In this document: in pieces, positions 38,602 through 51,219 of the stretch | How positions within the stretch are numbered: position 1 is the stretch's first letter | Layout of the letters: the number at the start of each line of letters is the position of its first letter | Assembly (NCBI GenBank): GCA_951406725.2 | Contig: OX597817.1 | Coordinates: 28,954,001 to 29,018,000, forward strand | DNA from: Octopus vulgaris | Lineage: Eukaryota | DNA: 64,000 nucleotides | Reading direction: 5' to 3' | Position numbers and translations under genes: made by a program | Notes under the pieces: model-generated | What the model was told of the DNA's origin: nothing | Database searches by the model: none | What the model saw: the letters and a program-made list of their open reading frames with translations, nothing else

Positions 38602-39793
38602 TCTCTACAGCCTGTGCTAGCATGGAAATTGAATATTGAATGAAGAAAAGTAATTTTGAAATCATGTTTTCATGATGAGTTTAAAAGAGAGTAGTGAGTA
38701 CTTCCTGTTTGCAAACACACAATATCAACATCAAATTTATTCAAATTATTCATATCCTTTCAATGACTTAGAGATGATCAAAATTTAGATTTTGGTATAT
38801 AATCAGGTTCGTTGTTATTAAAATATGGAGATAAGATAGTTTTTAATCAAGAAGTGAATGAATATTAATTAGTTACTTTCATTACCATACATACTTTGGG
38901 ATTTGGCCAATTAAAATTTTTAAGAATCCACTCATCCCAAATTGTTATCATTGAGTAATTTAAAGTGAATGAAAGCCATTGTTGAGAGATATGAATCTGG
39001 ATGGTTGAAGGATATCAAAGAAAACTTGGACCTTATCAGGGATAAGTCAATTATCCTGTCAACACATGTCAACAAGACAAAAACAAAAAGATGGCTTGCC
39101 CTGGGTGGATGATGAGTAAATTATGTATACAAATTTATTGACCAACGAAATATCAAGAAGAATAACATAGCACTTGAGTCTGTTGTAGCTTGGGTACTTA
39201 AAGAATATCAAAGAAAAACAAAAGATACCATAACTGTTAAGTCAAATGACTACTAGGTCAATACATAGCAATAAGAAAGCTAACTGAGACTAGGTGGAAC
39301 ATTAGTAATTACTGCTTACACAAAATGTTCTTTAAGTAAAAAAAATTCTCTTTTTTGTCATATAGTAGGATCATTTGTAACTTAGACCTTACAACTAATA
39401 ATATATTGAAATTTCATAATTTATTATTTACTATGCAAATTGGATTAATTACACACTCCAGTTGATTGCATAATAATTTGAGGCTATGCAATTATACCAA
39501 ATTAATTGCTTATATATCATAACTCTTAAACAATTTTGGTGTGAATTATATTTCCAGTATAATTCATATATAGCCTATTTCATACAAAAGAGAGTTTATC
39601 CAATAGAATGTGAGTGCTATTTATTTTATATACTCTAAATATGTGAAACTAATGTTTGAGGATTTGTTCTTAAACTGCTGAGAACTAGTTTGAAAACAAG
39701 CATTTAGTCAGGTATTCCACTGTCTCTATCAAAATATTGAAAATAATAATAATAATAATAATGATAATAGTAATAATAATAATAGTAATAATA

Positions 39794-41202
39794 AAGTTGG
39801 CTATGGATGACTAAAAGTAATTTAAAACAGGAAAAAGAGGCTCTAATCTATGCTGCCTCTGAGCAAGTATTAAGAACGAATTACATCAAAAACAGAATAG
39901 ACAACACATCAGAAAGGGATAAGTGCAGAATTTGTGGACAAAATGCTGAAACCATATCTCTTGGCAGTGTCTTCTACAGAGCCAACTAATGCCTTGTGAG
40001 AAGAATTGGTCAACAGAAACTGGAAGGAAGCACATTGTGTGTGCAAATGTTGACATTTTGAAGCTTCGCTTGTCATAATTTCAGAAGAATGTTGTGATAT
40101 AATGTTGGCATTCCTTGTTGACATTACAACTGTGCTGTCAAAGACCTGTGGAATAAAAGATCCATTATGTAAAAATCATGTAAGGTTGCAACAGGAAGAA
40201 CACCTGGCTATAATAAATCAATGTACGCCACTAGCTCAGAAAGAATTTAAGAGATGTTATGACAATATAGCAAGGATTGTCCATTGGACACTTTGCAACA
40301 AGTATGGAATTGACAGAGCAAAAAAGAGGTATGAACATAAACCCAAAGGCATCATCAAAAATGATAATGCAAAGATCCGATGGGATTTTATGATTCAATG
40401 TAACTATGAGATAGAGAATAGCAAACCAAACAGTGTTGAGAAAGAAATGCTGGGTCATAGATATAGCTTGCCCAGCTGACAAGGTATGTGATAAGGAAGA
40501 AAGAAAAGTTGACAGGAGTGGCTGTGTGGTAAGTAGCTTGCTTACCAACCACATGGTTCTGGGTTCAGTCCCACTGCGTGGCATCTTGGGCAAGTGTCTT
40601 CTGCTATAGCCTCGGGCCGACCAATGCCTTGTGAGTGGATTTGGTAGACGAAAACTGAAAGAAGCCTGTCGTATATATGTATGTTTGTGTATGTTTGTGT
40701 GTCTGTGTTTGTCCCCCTAGCATTGCTTGACAACCGATGCAGGTGTGTTTACGTCCCCGTCACTTAGCGGTTCAGCAAAAGAGACCGATAGAATAAGTAC
40801 TGGGCTTACAAAGAATAAGTCCCGGGGTCGATTTGTTGACTAAAGGCGGTGCTCCAGCATGGCCACAGTCAAATGACTGAAACAAGTAAAAGAGTAAAAA
40901 AGAGAGAGAGAGAGAGAGAGAGAGGTTAGCTTGGGAGGTTAAGCAGTTGTGCTCACTGAAAAAGGTGGTAGTAGTTCTAATAAATGTCAGAACCTTGGGG
41001 AACAGTGAGTCAAAATCTTGAGAAGTACATGGAACAAATAGGGACTGCAGTAAGGGTGGAACACTTGCAAAAAACAGCACTGCTTGGAACTACTTGAATA
41101 CTTCAGATGGTGCTCGAAAAATAAAGGGTGTTACCTTACTTCACTGATAGTGAACAGCTGACACTGTAGTGCATATCCAGCATTAGAAGCTGTACAAAGA
41201 CA
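39794..41202 (+). mobile_element. R4/Dong-like (RLE-type) non-LTR retrotransposon 3' relic, interrupted twice
   Basis: WLWMTKSNLKQEKEALIYAASEQVLRTNYIK...CRICGQNAETI / CTPLAQKEFKRCYDNIARIVHW...WDFMIQC...KP...LAWEVKQL...LQKTALLGT covers the CCHC knuckle and restriction-like endonuclease region. Flanked on both sides by (AAT)n. Confidence 0.85.
40514..40900 (+). mobile_element. SINE family A inserted in the R4/Dong-like relic
   Basis: aggagtggctgtgtggtaag...aaatgactgaaacaagtaaaagagt. It splits KVD|RLAWEV, which is uninterrupted in the copy at 56033-56415. Confidence 0.9.
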
Positions 41203-41255
41203 ATAAGATAATAATAATAGTAATAATAATAATAATAATAATAACAATAATAATA

Positions 41256-41409
41256 ATCCTTTCTACTATAGGCACAGGGCCTAAAATTTTGGAGGGGGCC
41301 AGTCAATTAGATCGACCCCCAAATGCAACTGGTACTTAATTTATTGACCCCGAAAAGAGGAAGGGCAAAGTCAACCTCGGCATAATTTGAACTCAAAATG
41401 TAAAAACAG
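41256..41409 (-). mobile_element. SINE family B2, 3' part
   Basis: tcctttctactataggcacagggcc...ggtacttaatttattgaccccgaaa...tttgaactca. Confidence 0.75.
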
Positions 41410-41578
41410 AGTGGAGACAAGCACCTCCACCCAGCAAAACCAGCAGCCAGAGACTAGTTTCAGAGTCGTTGCTTATCATCAGTCCAGAGTAGCATGGCTT
41501 GCTAGCTGTCGATGAGCAATGACTCTGAAACTAGTCTCTGGTTGCTGGTTTTGCTGGATGGAGGTGCTTGTCTCCACT
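41410..41578. repeat. Fold-back inverted repeat (~69-bp arms)
   Basis: agtggagacaagcacctcca...gtcgttgcttatc is mirrored by gatgagcaatgac...tggaggtgcttgtctccact. Confidence 0.9.
41447..41487 (-). ncRNA. Minimal type I hammerhead-like ribozyme motif
   Basis: Reverse complement: ctgga CTGATGA taagcaacgactct GAAA ctag TC tctgg. Intact CUGAUGA/GAAA/GUC core, palindromic stem III, stem I with wobble pairs, weak stem II. Confidence 0.55.
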
Positions 41579-42027
41579 TTGAAAACATAAGGACACAGGA
41601 AATGTGTCAAGTCCAACAGGAAGCAGTGTTTCCTAGGGCTAAATAACAGTAGCATTCTTCCCCAACAAGTAATGGATCGAAATGATTGTTGTATGGAATG
41701 AAGACTAATACCAAATCTATCTTCTGTTTCATTAATCGATTATTATCTCAACCAACACTGCAGAATTCCTGAAGTAGATCCAATGGAAATATACCCCAAC
41801 TGTGGATGACACCAGGTAGCCCAAACCATGCCAGTGCTTTACTCAACACATCAACACACTAATTAACAAATACCTATTAGTCCAAAAATTTACATATGCA
41901 TATGTAAAATATTAATTTGTGGTTATTATTTTGAGGCAAGTTGAAGATTAACAAACTGACAATTTACTGATGGGACTGCTAAATTTTGTGAGTAGTATAT
42001 ATGTATGTATGTATATATATATGTATG

Positions 42028-42077
<50 letters not shown>

Positions 42078-43082
42078 GTGGATTTACTTCTGATCTATCA
42101 CAACTTATTAATAGTTTCCTTGTTAAATGACAGGAAATTATTTATCTACAAAATATAGCTGATCTTTGTAAGCAAGTTCCTTCTGACCTGTATAATTCTA
42201 ATACATTTTATCTATTTAAAAGTATGAAGAGAAGTTTATGAGAAATGTTGCATCTTACAGTAGCGTGACTAAGATTAATATTGCTTCTACACATTTATCA
42301 GTAACTGTTTCAGTCACTAACCATTAAATTTCCTAAATGTTGATACATTGTCTTTATAACAAAAGACATATCATATACACAATAACCAGCAATGCTTTGA
42401 CACAAACTCACCAGTAGGCTGTTTAAATTATTTTTCTGCTCACTGAGCAACAATGCTTACAACATCAGATTCTGCATAGCAACAGAACTGTGAAATTTAC
42501 AATTAAATACGATCACTTTTTTTTTTTCCTTGTTTCATACAGTTATCTTTACATATGATGGAAAATAAACTGAAATATGAGAATATACCTATTCTTTTTC
42601 TTTAGTATATTTTGGAGTGTAGGACGGGTAAGAATGGGAAAGTTATTTCAATTTTAATTACATTTCTGTCTGAAAGAGAAAAATAAAATTTTCATTATTA
42701 TATATATTTCGTATTTTGTACTTCAGTAAGATTACCTCTACTATCAGTAATCATCTTTATAATTACTCTCGCAACTATTTGTTCATGTTTGTTTGAGTTG
42801 GACTGGAGTCTGTATCACAATATTTCATCAGGTTACTTAGTCCTGCTTCATGTAATTCATAAGGCCAACAACAGCTCATGATTGACTAAATCATTTCCTT
42901 TTATGTTTTTCCTAGTGAGTTCTTTAAAAAAAAATGCATTTTTGTAGCAAATTCTCAACATTTTTACACTCACAATTCATGCTTTCATACATACATTCAT
43001 ACATGGAAAAGCTGTTCCCTAAACTCTGTATCTTACATCAATAGTTTTTCTCTCTAATTCCTCTGGTTCTCGAATGATTGTT

Positions 43083-43410
43083 ACAAATACCTATGTATTG
43101 ATTTAAATATATCATACAAAGGTACTATAAGCAAGGGTAGAGTAATCAAAGATATTACACCAAACTTAAAAAGATATGGTAGACAGAGCTTTACTTTTAC
43201 AATAATACAAAACAATATCCTACAAGGCATTTGCAGTACCCATACTGATACCAAATTTGGGATACTTGACTGGCCTATAGAGGAAGTTTGCTCTGTCAAC
43301 ATAAAAAAATTCCACAAAATCCTGGCATCAGCTGCAGATTTCCACGAGAACAGTGGCATCAACAGATTCTACCTCAGAACAAAAGAGGGTGGAAGAGATT
43401 TTAGCATGTC
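43083..43410 (+). pseudogene. Old R4/Dong-like RT C-terminal fragment
   Basis: Frameshifted YKYLCID...KLKKIW*TEL...FAVPILIP/FGILDWPIEEV...FHENSGINRFYLRTKEGGRDF fits YKYLG...RLYLxRxEGGRGL. Confidence 0.65.
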
Positions 43411-46400
43411 AAGTGTGTAGAAAATTATGAAGATTGTTTTACTATAATAAATAAAATTTATTAGAAAGGATGGTACAACCACAGCTTTTACATGATGTAA
43501 AAAAAGTCAAGTCTCCTTGTGTCTTGGGTCTCTTTGAATGACCAGTATGAGCTACTTAGTCACGGGAGAAGATTGCAAAAGTAACAGAAATGTGTGTACA
43601 GTAGAAAACACATTCAGTTCATGGCTGGCACTCACTGTAAAAAAATCATAGCAGGTATCATTTGGGTAACGATAAGACATTGGCTTAGGTACATGTCATT
43701 AGAACAGTGGTAACATCATGTGGTCTGTGGCCTTTAGGCAAAAGAGAGAGGCTGAGGGTGCCAAACACTGGAATATATAGGTGTCGGCTGTCAGGCCACC
43801 TGTTGGCCTATATCATCAAAGTAACATAATTCAGCTATCTTCACCATCTGGTGGTGTTTGCCAGCAAAGGGATGTAATTCAGCTATCTTTGCTATGCTAC
43901 TTGATAATACTGAGTTCTATGATATAATGAAATTTAAAAAATGCAAATTTATACAAATAATTTTTTTCAGATTTCAAACTTCATTCCTTGCATTGGAGTA
44001 TAAGCACATGCATGCCTACATAAATATATATGTGTGTTTTTGTATGTACATCTATGTATATTAAATAAAGTATTGAGACAGTGTGTTAGTGGTTAATTTT
44101 GGAGATAGATTTACATGTGTACATTTATATACAAATGTATCCATATATTTTATATTGCCAAATCATCCCACTCATGTTAGCTTAGGTAAATAAATGTCAA
44201 ATAACGCATAAATTACTCTTTAGCTAAAGTTCTCAAAATCAAATAGCACATAAAAATCATTGAAATAGCTCATAAAAATCATTCATATACATACAATTAC
44301 AGTAATGGTTTCCTTTTTCATTACTAATTTTATTTATGTTATTGATTTAGAAGTCTAAATGTGATACTATTTTATATCCTTTTTGCTCATTTGATGTATT
44401 GGGTAGTTCTTCAGATTCAAACATTTGAACGTGAATCAGTGGAAATTTTTACAGATGGCAGTTTTTACGCTACTTATCATTTAACCGTGAATTAAGAATG
44501 GTGCTAATCTCAAAGAAAGGTTCACTGATTCATGCGGTAGTATATATAGCAATGATTAAGGTTTGAACCTATGATACCAATCAACTTAATACTGCATCTC
44601 ACCCTTTCAGCTACACAACCAGTGCATTTATTATAATCAAAGAAAGTAGCTGAATGAAGTCACCAAAAAATTTTAATAAATATTCACTTGCATTAAGTTT
44701 GGAATGGTAGTTTGATGGTAAATTAACCACTGAAATAGATACTTTACAGGTATGGCTTTAATACCTTGTATATTTTAGTTGGAAAACTTGCGATTTGCTT
44801 TGTGTGAAAGATGGGGATGAACAATTCTTGTTATTGCTGAACTCTTCTGACCATCATTGATATATTGCAGAGACAATATGCCATGTATGATTTACTTGGT
44901 TTTTCAAGTAGTTTCATTTCAACAATTTATTTCACACATTCGGATGGATGAATTCTAACTCACAAGATATATCCCTATCTATTATTACTGGCTCACCTGA
45001 TGTTTATTAATCAAATTCATTTTCTAGTGTTCACCATCCTGTCTATACTGACTAGCTGGTCATTTAACTTGGGTCTTGAATCATTCGGACATGCCATTGA
45101 AATGATACTGATTTATTTGAAGGAAATGTTTGTAATTATTGTGTTGCCAGTTGGTATGATTATGAAGATAATGAACCATCCCATGAACATAATTTTATTC
45201 TAAGTATATTTTTTTTTTTTTAGTTTTGGAAAGAAGAAATACAATAAGGAGTTTAACATTTAAATTTGTAATTGATAAGCACCAAACAGTTACAAACCAA
45301 AGAGGGAAGTCTCTTTTTGCTCAGGTTGCTAAAAAAAAGTTGCTATCATCTTAAGGAAAGACATTAGATAATGAAGTTTTAGATATACTATATCTAAAAT
45401 TAAAACAGAATGGTTGGTTATGGCTGAAATATCATCGATGTTAGATCTGCTCAGTCAGGGTTGACCTGGGCTTAATCACCAGTAACAGCCAAACATTTAA
45501 GTTATTAATTCTATGTTCTCTAAGTATGAAGCCTCATTTCTTCACATTGGTAAGTTTGAGAGTGAAAATACTGGTTTGAATAGATGTCAGAGAAATCAGT
45601 TAACTATGCAATTTTCAGTTAAGCTTAGCAACTTTATCTGTTGCTTTCATAAATCAGTCTCTATCAAAATTGTTACACATAATGTTAAACAGTTTATTTA
45701 ATGTCATATTTGAAAATAAATGTTAAGAAAATATTCTTAAAACAGAACTTAAGGAAAGTAATATTTCTATTGCAAACTTCTGAGTAATTTTTCAAACAAT
45801 TTCTTTATTTCTTAATCATCATAATTCAAGCAAACTATTATATAGTACTTGATACTCTTTCACTAAAGTAACATGGTAAAAACAGTCATTATTTCTTCAT
45901 AGAATTTAACAAGTTTCCATCTGTGTCATAATCAGTTAATAAAAATGATATTTCTTGAAATAGGAAAAAATAAGGAAAAGAAAACAGTTAATATTCTCAG
46001 CTTCTTTTCAACTAAATTAACTAGCTCTGCCAGCCAAATGTGAATCAGAAAACTGAAAATAACTGTAAGAAAGTAGGTGGTAGATTCTGAAGCGAGCTTT
46101 TGTGATTATCTTGTCAAGAGAAGTCTTTTTCATTTTATCTCAGTTTTTGTCCAATATTTTGTAATTGGAAATTAAATTCATACTAATAGACACATATATA
46201 AAGTAGATGGCATATTTGAATTTTTCATTTCTTTTTTTAAATAAATCATCTATTTTAAGTGGATGATTTATAAATTTTCTTAATAATTTCATATCAAATT
46301 AAAAAATAAAACGAATCCATATTAATAATCAAACTTTTATATGAATATTTTGAATCTTAATCTGCCACAAAAAAATATTTTTATATTTATTCTCAAAAGA

Positions 46401-47108
46401 ATTATTGCTCTTTTCTTGGATGAATTTGGTGAATGATGTCCAAAGTTATTACAGGAAATGGAATAAATGCTTAAGCAAGAACAATGTTCTTCTGGTTCTG
46501 TATATAAATAGAGCAATTCTAAAAAATTAACTGTTGTTTGAAGCATTTATGAAAGTAGAAAATATGACGATGAAAAATATTTTGGGAAAATATATATATC
46601 TGAAGCTATTGATTTTTACATATAAAAGAGAAATACAGAGAAAATTACCAACTTCTAATTATGTAACTGTGTTAAAGGATGTATTGGATGCTGTCCATTA
46701 AAAATACTTGATGAAGTGAATTGTCCTTCTTGGTTATAGAAAGAAAACAATAACCTAGTGGCAATTGCTTGCTACTTTTAAAAGAAAAGGACAGGTAATT
46801 TTTTTTTAAGAAATTAAGAATGAATTTCTGTAAGTTAATTTACAAGATTAGAAGGTTAGGTTAGGAAAAGCCTAGTTCTGTTTGCAGGCAAGAAATAACT
46901 GTTTCAGGTTTCATTATATAGTACAGTCATCTCAAGCCTGATTGATCAGTTTATGAAGGATTTTACATATGAAAAAGAGTTAGGAAAAAGTTTTGGCCAG
47001 TATATAATTTGCATCATATATACATTGAACAGGCTAAGGGAAATATCTCAGATGGGTAAATGGCATTAATTTACATATGTTAAAAATGTTCTACACAAAA
47101 ATATTTAA

Positions 47109-47328
47109 ACTTTTTTGTTACCATATTTCTGCTGAGATACTCTGTGTTTCTTTCAATTAATTTTAAATATAACAAAGAATTTAGTAAAATAACTTAGTTA
47201 TCATTAAGCTAGTGTTAGGAACATAAATTATGACTAAGGTTTGGTAGATTTCAATTCAGAACTTTTGAAAACAAGATATTTATAATACAGAACCAGAGGT
47301 GGTTTCATGCAGCTTGGTATCAAAAGGG
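47109..47328. mobile_element. piggyBac-type MITE (second family, degenerate left end)
   Basis: TTAA acttttttgttacc ... ggtatcaaaaggg TTAA. Confidence 0.5.
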
Positions 47329-48349
47329 TTAAAGATTAGAAATTTTGTTCATAACTGAAGAAAACCTCGTGGGTTGATATGTCTTGATGTCAGTGGTGGT
47401 AGACTGGTAACTTTTCCCATATTGCTGGAGACAGAATAGTTGCTACTATTGTAGGTCTACCAACACCTTTACCATAAACCCCTCATACAAAATAACTATG
47501 GCCCAAATACAGAAGCCCCGCAAACTGTATGCTCAAAATTTTCAAGCATTATGTAGAATTCTAGATGAACCTATACACCCCAAAAATAGTAAACCTCTTG
47601 CAAATTCCCTAATATAATTCCTACAGCAATCCACTTATGGTATACAAACATGACAGTGAGTACAATCCCTTGTTTATCCTACAATATGTTTATACACTGT
47701 TATGAGAAATAGCCCAAAGTCCCTTCATGACCACTGCACTAGTTATAGCATCTATGGAATGATCTACCAATCAAAATATGAATAACAAATGCTGGTGCTA
47801 GTACTAACTCAGAAATTCATCTAGGTGTACAAGCTATATCTCACCAGGAGTCTACTTTACAAAAGAAAAGGTGGTGAGTGAGAAAGGTGGGTATTTCTGG
47901 GATCCAAACCACAGATAGAATAAATAGCCAAATATGAATCTCTTCATATAATAAATTTTTTCTCAAGTATATTTCCACAATCTATTTAACGACATTGACA
48001 TCCATTCACCCAACTGTAGAAACACCACCATCACCTAATAATAATCTTGTTATACCAACCATGGGTAAAAACCAGTAAGGAAAACCAGGCTATGGAACAT
48101 ATATATTCTTTCATACTTTTCATCTTATGTATGACATATTAATCATTGATTCTAGATTCTTAATTTACATTAGTCAAAATGTGTGTATATATATCTCTTT
48201 CTCTGGATGCATTCTTCATAACCTCAAAACTTTAAGTCATTTGGAGCTGAGTCAAACTGTGATTTAAAAATATATGTAACCTCTACCAGATGTGTTGAGT
48301 GCTACTTTCTTTTATTTGTCCACTCACATATATATATATGCATATATCT

Positions 48350-48419
<70 letters not shown>

Positions 48420-48467
48420 GAAGTAATTGGAGTCAAGAAGGAGTACAGTTGGATATTTATTTATTAT

Positions 48468-48570
48468 TCACTACAATTGTTTCGACTCTTGTAGTTCTCG
48501 AAGAATACAGGTATTTGATTATGCACCTGTTTGTTTGCATAATGGGATCTAGTTGTGTTTCCTCAGGCAA
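48468..48570 (-). ncRNA. Hammerhead-like motif with long stem II (minus-strand copy)
   Basis: Reverse complement: ttgc CTGAGGA (~78 nt) GAAA caattg TA gtga. Confidence 0.45.
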
Positions 48571-49074
48571 TATACGAGTGTTATCTCCATTAGTTTAAAA
48601 TCGTCCACTTCAGGACTGTCTTCTCTGTTCATTGTAGTTTGAATTAGTAGCAGCTGATAGACCCATGGTGTTTGCCATGAGATCATGCTTGTCAGACTGC
48701 TATAAATGGTAGTAGATGGTTCTGGCTGGCATTTAAATGGGATTGATCTTCTCTTTGTATCTCTGGTCTGTTCACGGTTGGCTACACGTATGAAATTCTT
48801 TGGCTGATTTTTAGCATTCAGTGGTCAGATACATACACACATAAAAACTCACACATACACTTTCCCACACAAACCTATGTATATATGCCTATATTTACCC
48901 ATACAAGCACTCACATATACAAGTAGAAGCAACACTGTCACCTAATAATAGCCTTCTTATACCAACTCTGGCAAACATCACAAGTCTATCAGCCACGACT
49001 AAATTCAAACCATGATAAACAGAGAAGATGGCCCTGAAGTCAACGATTTTAAACTAATGGAGACAACACTCATA

Positions 49075-49178
49075 TTGCCTGAGGAAACACAACTAGATCC
49101 CATTATGCAAACAAACAGTTGCATAATCAAAAACCTATATTCCTGGAGAACTACGTTGCATCGAAACAATTGTAGTGA
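49075..49178 (+). ncRNA. Hammerhead-like motif with long stem II (plus-strand copy)
   Basis: ttgc CTGAGGA (49079-49085) ... GAAA (49163-49166) caattg TA (49173-49174) gtga. Palindromic stem III, with AATAAA just downstream. Confidence 0.45.
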
Positions 49179-49375
49179 ATAATAAATAAATGTACAATGA
49201 TATGCCTTCTTCTTGACTTCAATTTCTTTAATTTTACATTCACACGAACACCCAAGCATAAACTTGGAATTATATAATAATACTACCAATAGTAGGGAAA
49301 TTCTGAAGGTGGACAAACTTTATACTGTACTCTACCACGTCCTAATGGAATATAACATAACTGTGTGTGTGTATG

Positions 49376-49449
<74 letters not shown>

Positions 49450-50455
49450 AACATGTGTGTGAACATGTGTGTAAATGTAAACACACACATATATAACTGT
49501 TTGATAGTGACTTGTTCTTCCATCTCATGTTACACCATTTTTCCACTTGCAGATTATCCATGATTAGGCATTTCCCATTTTCTTCTGCTTTTCTTAACAT
49601 TCCCTGCTTTTGGCCTCCTTTTTTCCAGACCAATGCCAGCCAGCCAGATATAAAAGCTACATTAGAAGCCAATATATAAATTTTACTTTTGCATATTGTG
49701 TTCTATATACTTAAATAAATCCTATTATTTTTGATAAGTATTATGCTATTGAATATATAAATAAACAAGTAACTGAAATGTTAGGCAGCATTTAACATTC
49801 AATTATATTAAATACTACATTTTGTGTGATACACACATACACACTGCACACAAACTGATATACCTATATATATATATCTATTGTTATCGAAGTAGCTGAG
49901 TCCTGCAACTCATCAGATTATTGTAGCATCACTGAAGATTTATTCTTTAAACAGTGCCTATAGTGCAGTGCAGTGCAGTGAAGTGCATCCCTATCCAAGA
50001 TATACCCATAACAGCTGAACTGAAACAATCTGATGAAGTTATACTGCTAAATAATATTGATGCTGCTACTTCCAATAATACAATATGTTGGACATTTCAA
50101 CACTACCTATTTATTTACTTATTTATTTATTTTGTATCTGATGTTTTGCGAACAAGCACCATTGGTTATAAGTTTCCAACAGAACCAGCACTGGTTCACT
50201 GAACTTCTGGTGGTGAGTGTGACACGCAAGCATCTGTGGAACTCAGGCAGAACAAATACCACAACGTATTTTTATTCAGAATCACCAGTTATTAGTTTTC
50301 CCGCTGATGTGTATGTCTTTTACTATTGTACGTCAGCAAAAGATATATGTACATATGTTAGTAAATATTTAAGTGTTTGGTATGTTTCTGTTGGTAAGCC
50401 CCAATGAAGCACATTCACTGTCTATTGCTACCTGACATCATCCATGTCAGGAGCT

Positions 50456-50502
50456 ATTCCTGAGGTAGATCCAGCAACAATTGCTGGATCTACCTCAGGA
50501 AT
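50456..50502. repeat. Perfect 22-bp hairpin with 3-nt loop
   Basis: attcctgaggtagatccagcaa-caa-ttgctggatctacctcaggaat. Confidence 0.95.
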
Positions 50503-50718
50503 TCCTCAGTGTAAGTTGAGGAAATATAACAAATGACAGATGGAAAATGGAATGTATGAGAAACTTTATTGCTCACAATGATCATTTCAACCCATCCTGC
50601 ATCAATCACTTGCAGGTAGGATATTGTGTACATCTGTATATATACACATGCACACACAAATAAATACATATATATATATGTGTGTGTGTGTGTATGTATA
50701 TATATATATATATATATA

Positions 50719-51063
50719 TGGCATGTAAAAAGCAGCATCCATTCGTGGCCGTTTGCCAGACTCGTCTGGCACCACCATCCGTTCGTGGCCATTGCCAGCC
50801 TCGCCTGGCCCGTGCCGGTGGCACATAAAAAGCTCCAACCAATCATGGCCGTTTGCCAGACTCGTCTGGCACCTGTGCCGGTGGGACATAAAAAGCACCC
50901 ACTACACTCATGGAGTGGTTGGCGTTAGGAAGGGCATCCAGCCGTAGAAACATTGCCAGATCAGACTGGGCCTGGTGCAGCCTTCTGGCTTCCCAGACCC
51001 CAGTTGAACCGTCCAACCCATGCTAGCATGGAAAGCGGACGCTAAACGATGATGATGATGATG
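50719..51063 (+). mobile_element. Retroposon family C copy
   Basis: GC-rich subrepeats, ggcgttaggaagggcatccagccgtagaaac, (GAT)n tail. Confidence 0.9.
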
Positions 51064-51097
51064 TATGTATGTATTTATAAGCACATAAATTTTTTGT

Positions 51098-51160
51098 TGT
51101 GTTGAGTGCTACTTTCTTTTATTTGTCCACTCACGTATATATATATGCATATATCTATTT

Positions 51161-51219
<59 letters not shown>

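Larger units (their letters stand above)
48416..49234. mobile_element. Inverted pair of Penelope-like pseudo-LTRs (~260-bp arms at 48416-48677 and 48970-49234)
   Basis: The arms are reverse complements (roughly 80-85% by eye). Each has CTGAGGA...GAAA caattg TA followed by AATAAA. Confidence 0.7.

Noticed and set aside
47500-48065. Penelope GIY-YIG coding relic
   Set aside because: Only vague motif resemblance, too degraded to call without a profile search.
49954-50202. Candidate next exon (acag|tgcct, V-P...)
   Set aside because: The translation lacks Ig-domain Cys/Trp spacing and includes a cagtg repeat and SINE-like remnants.
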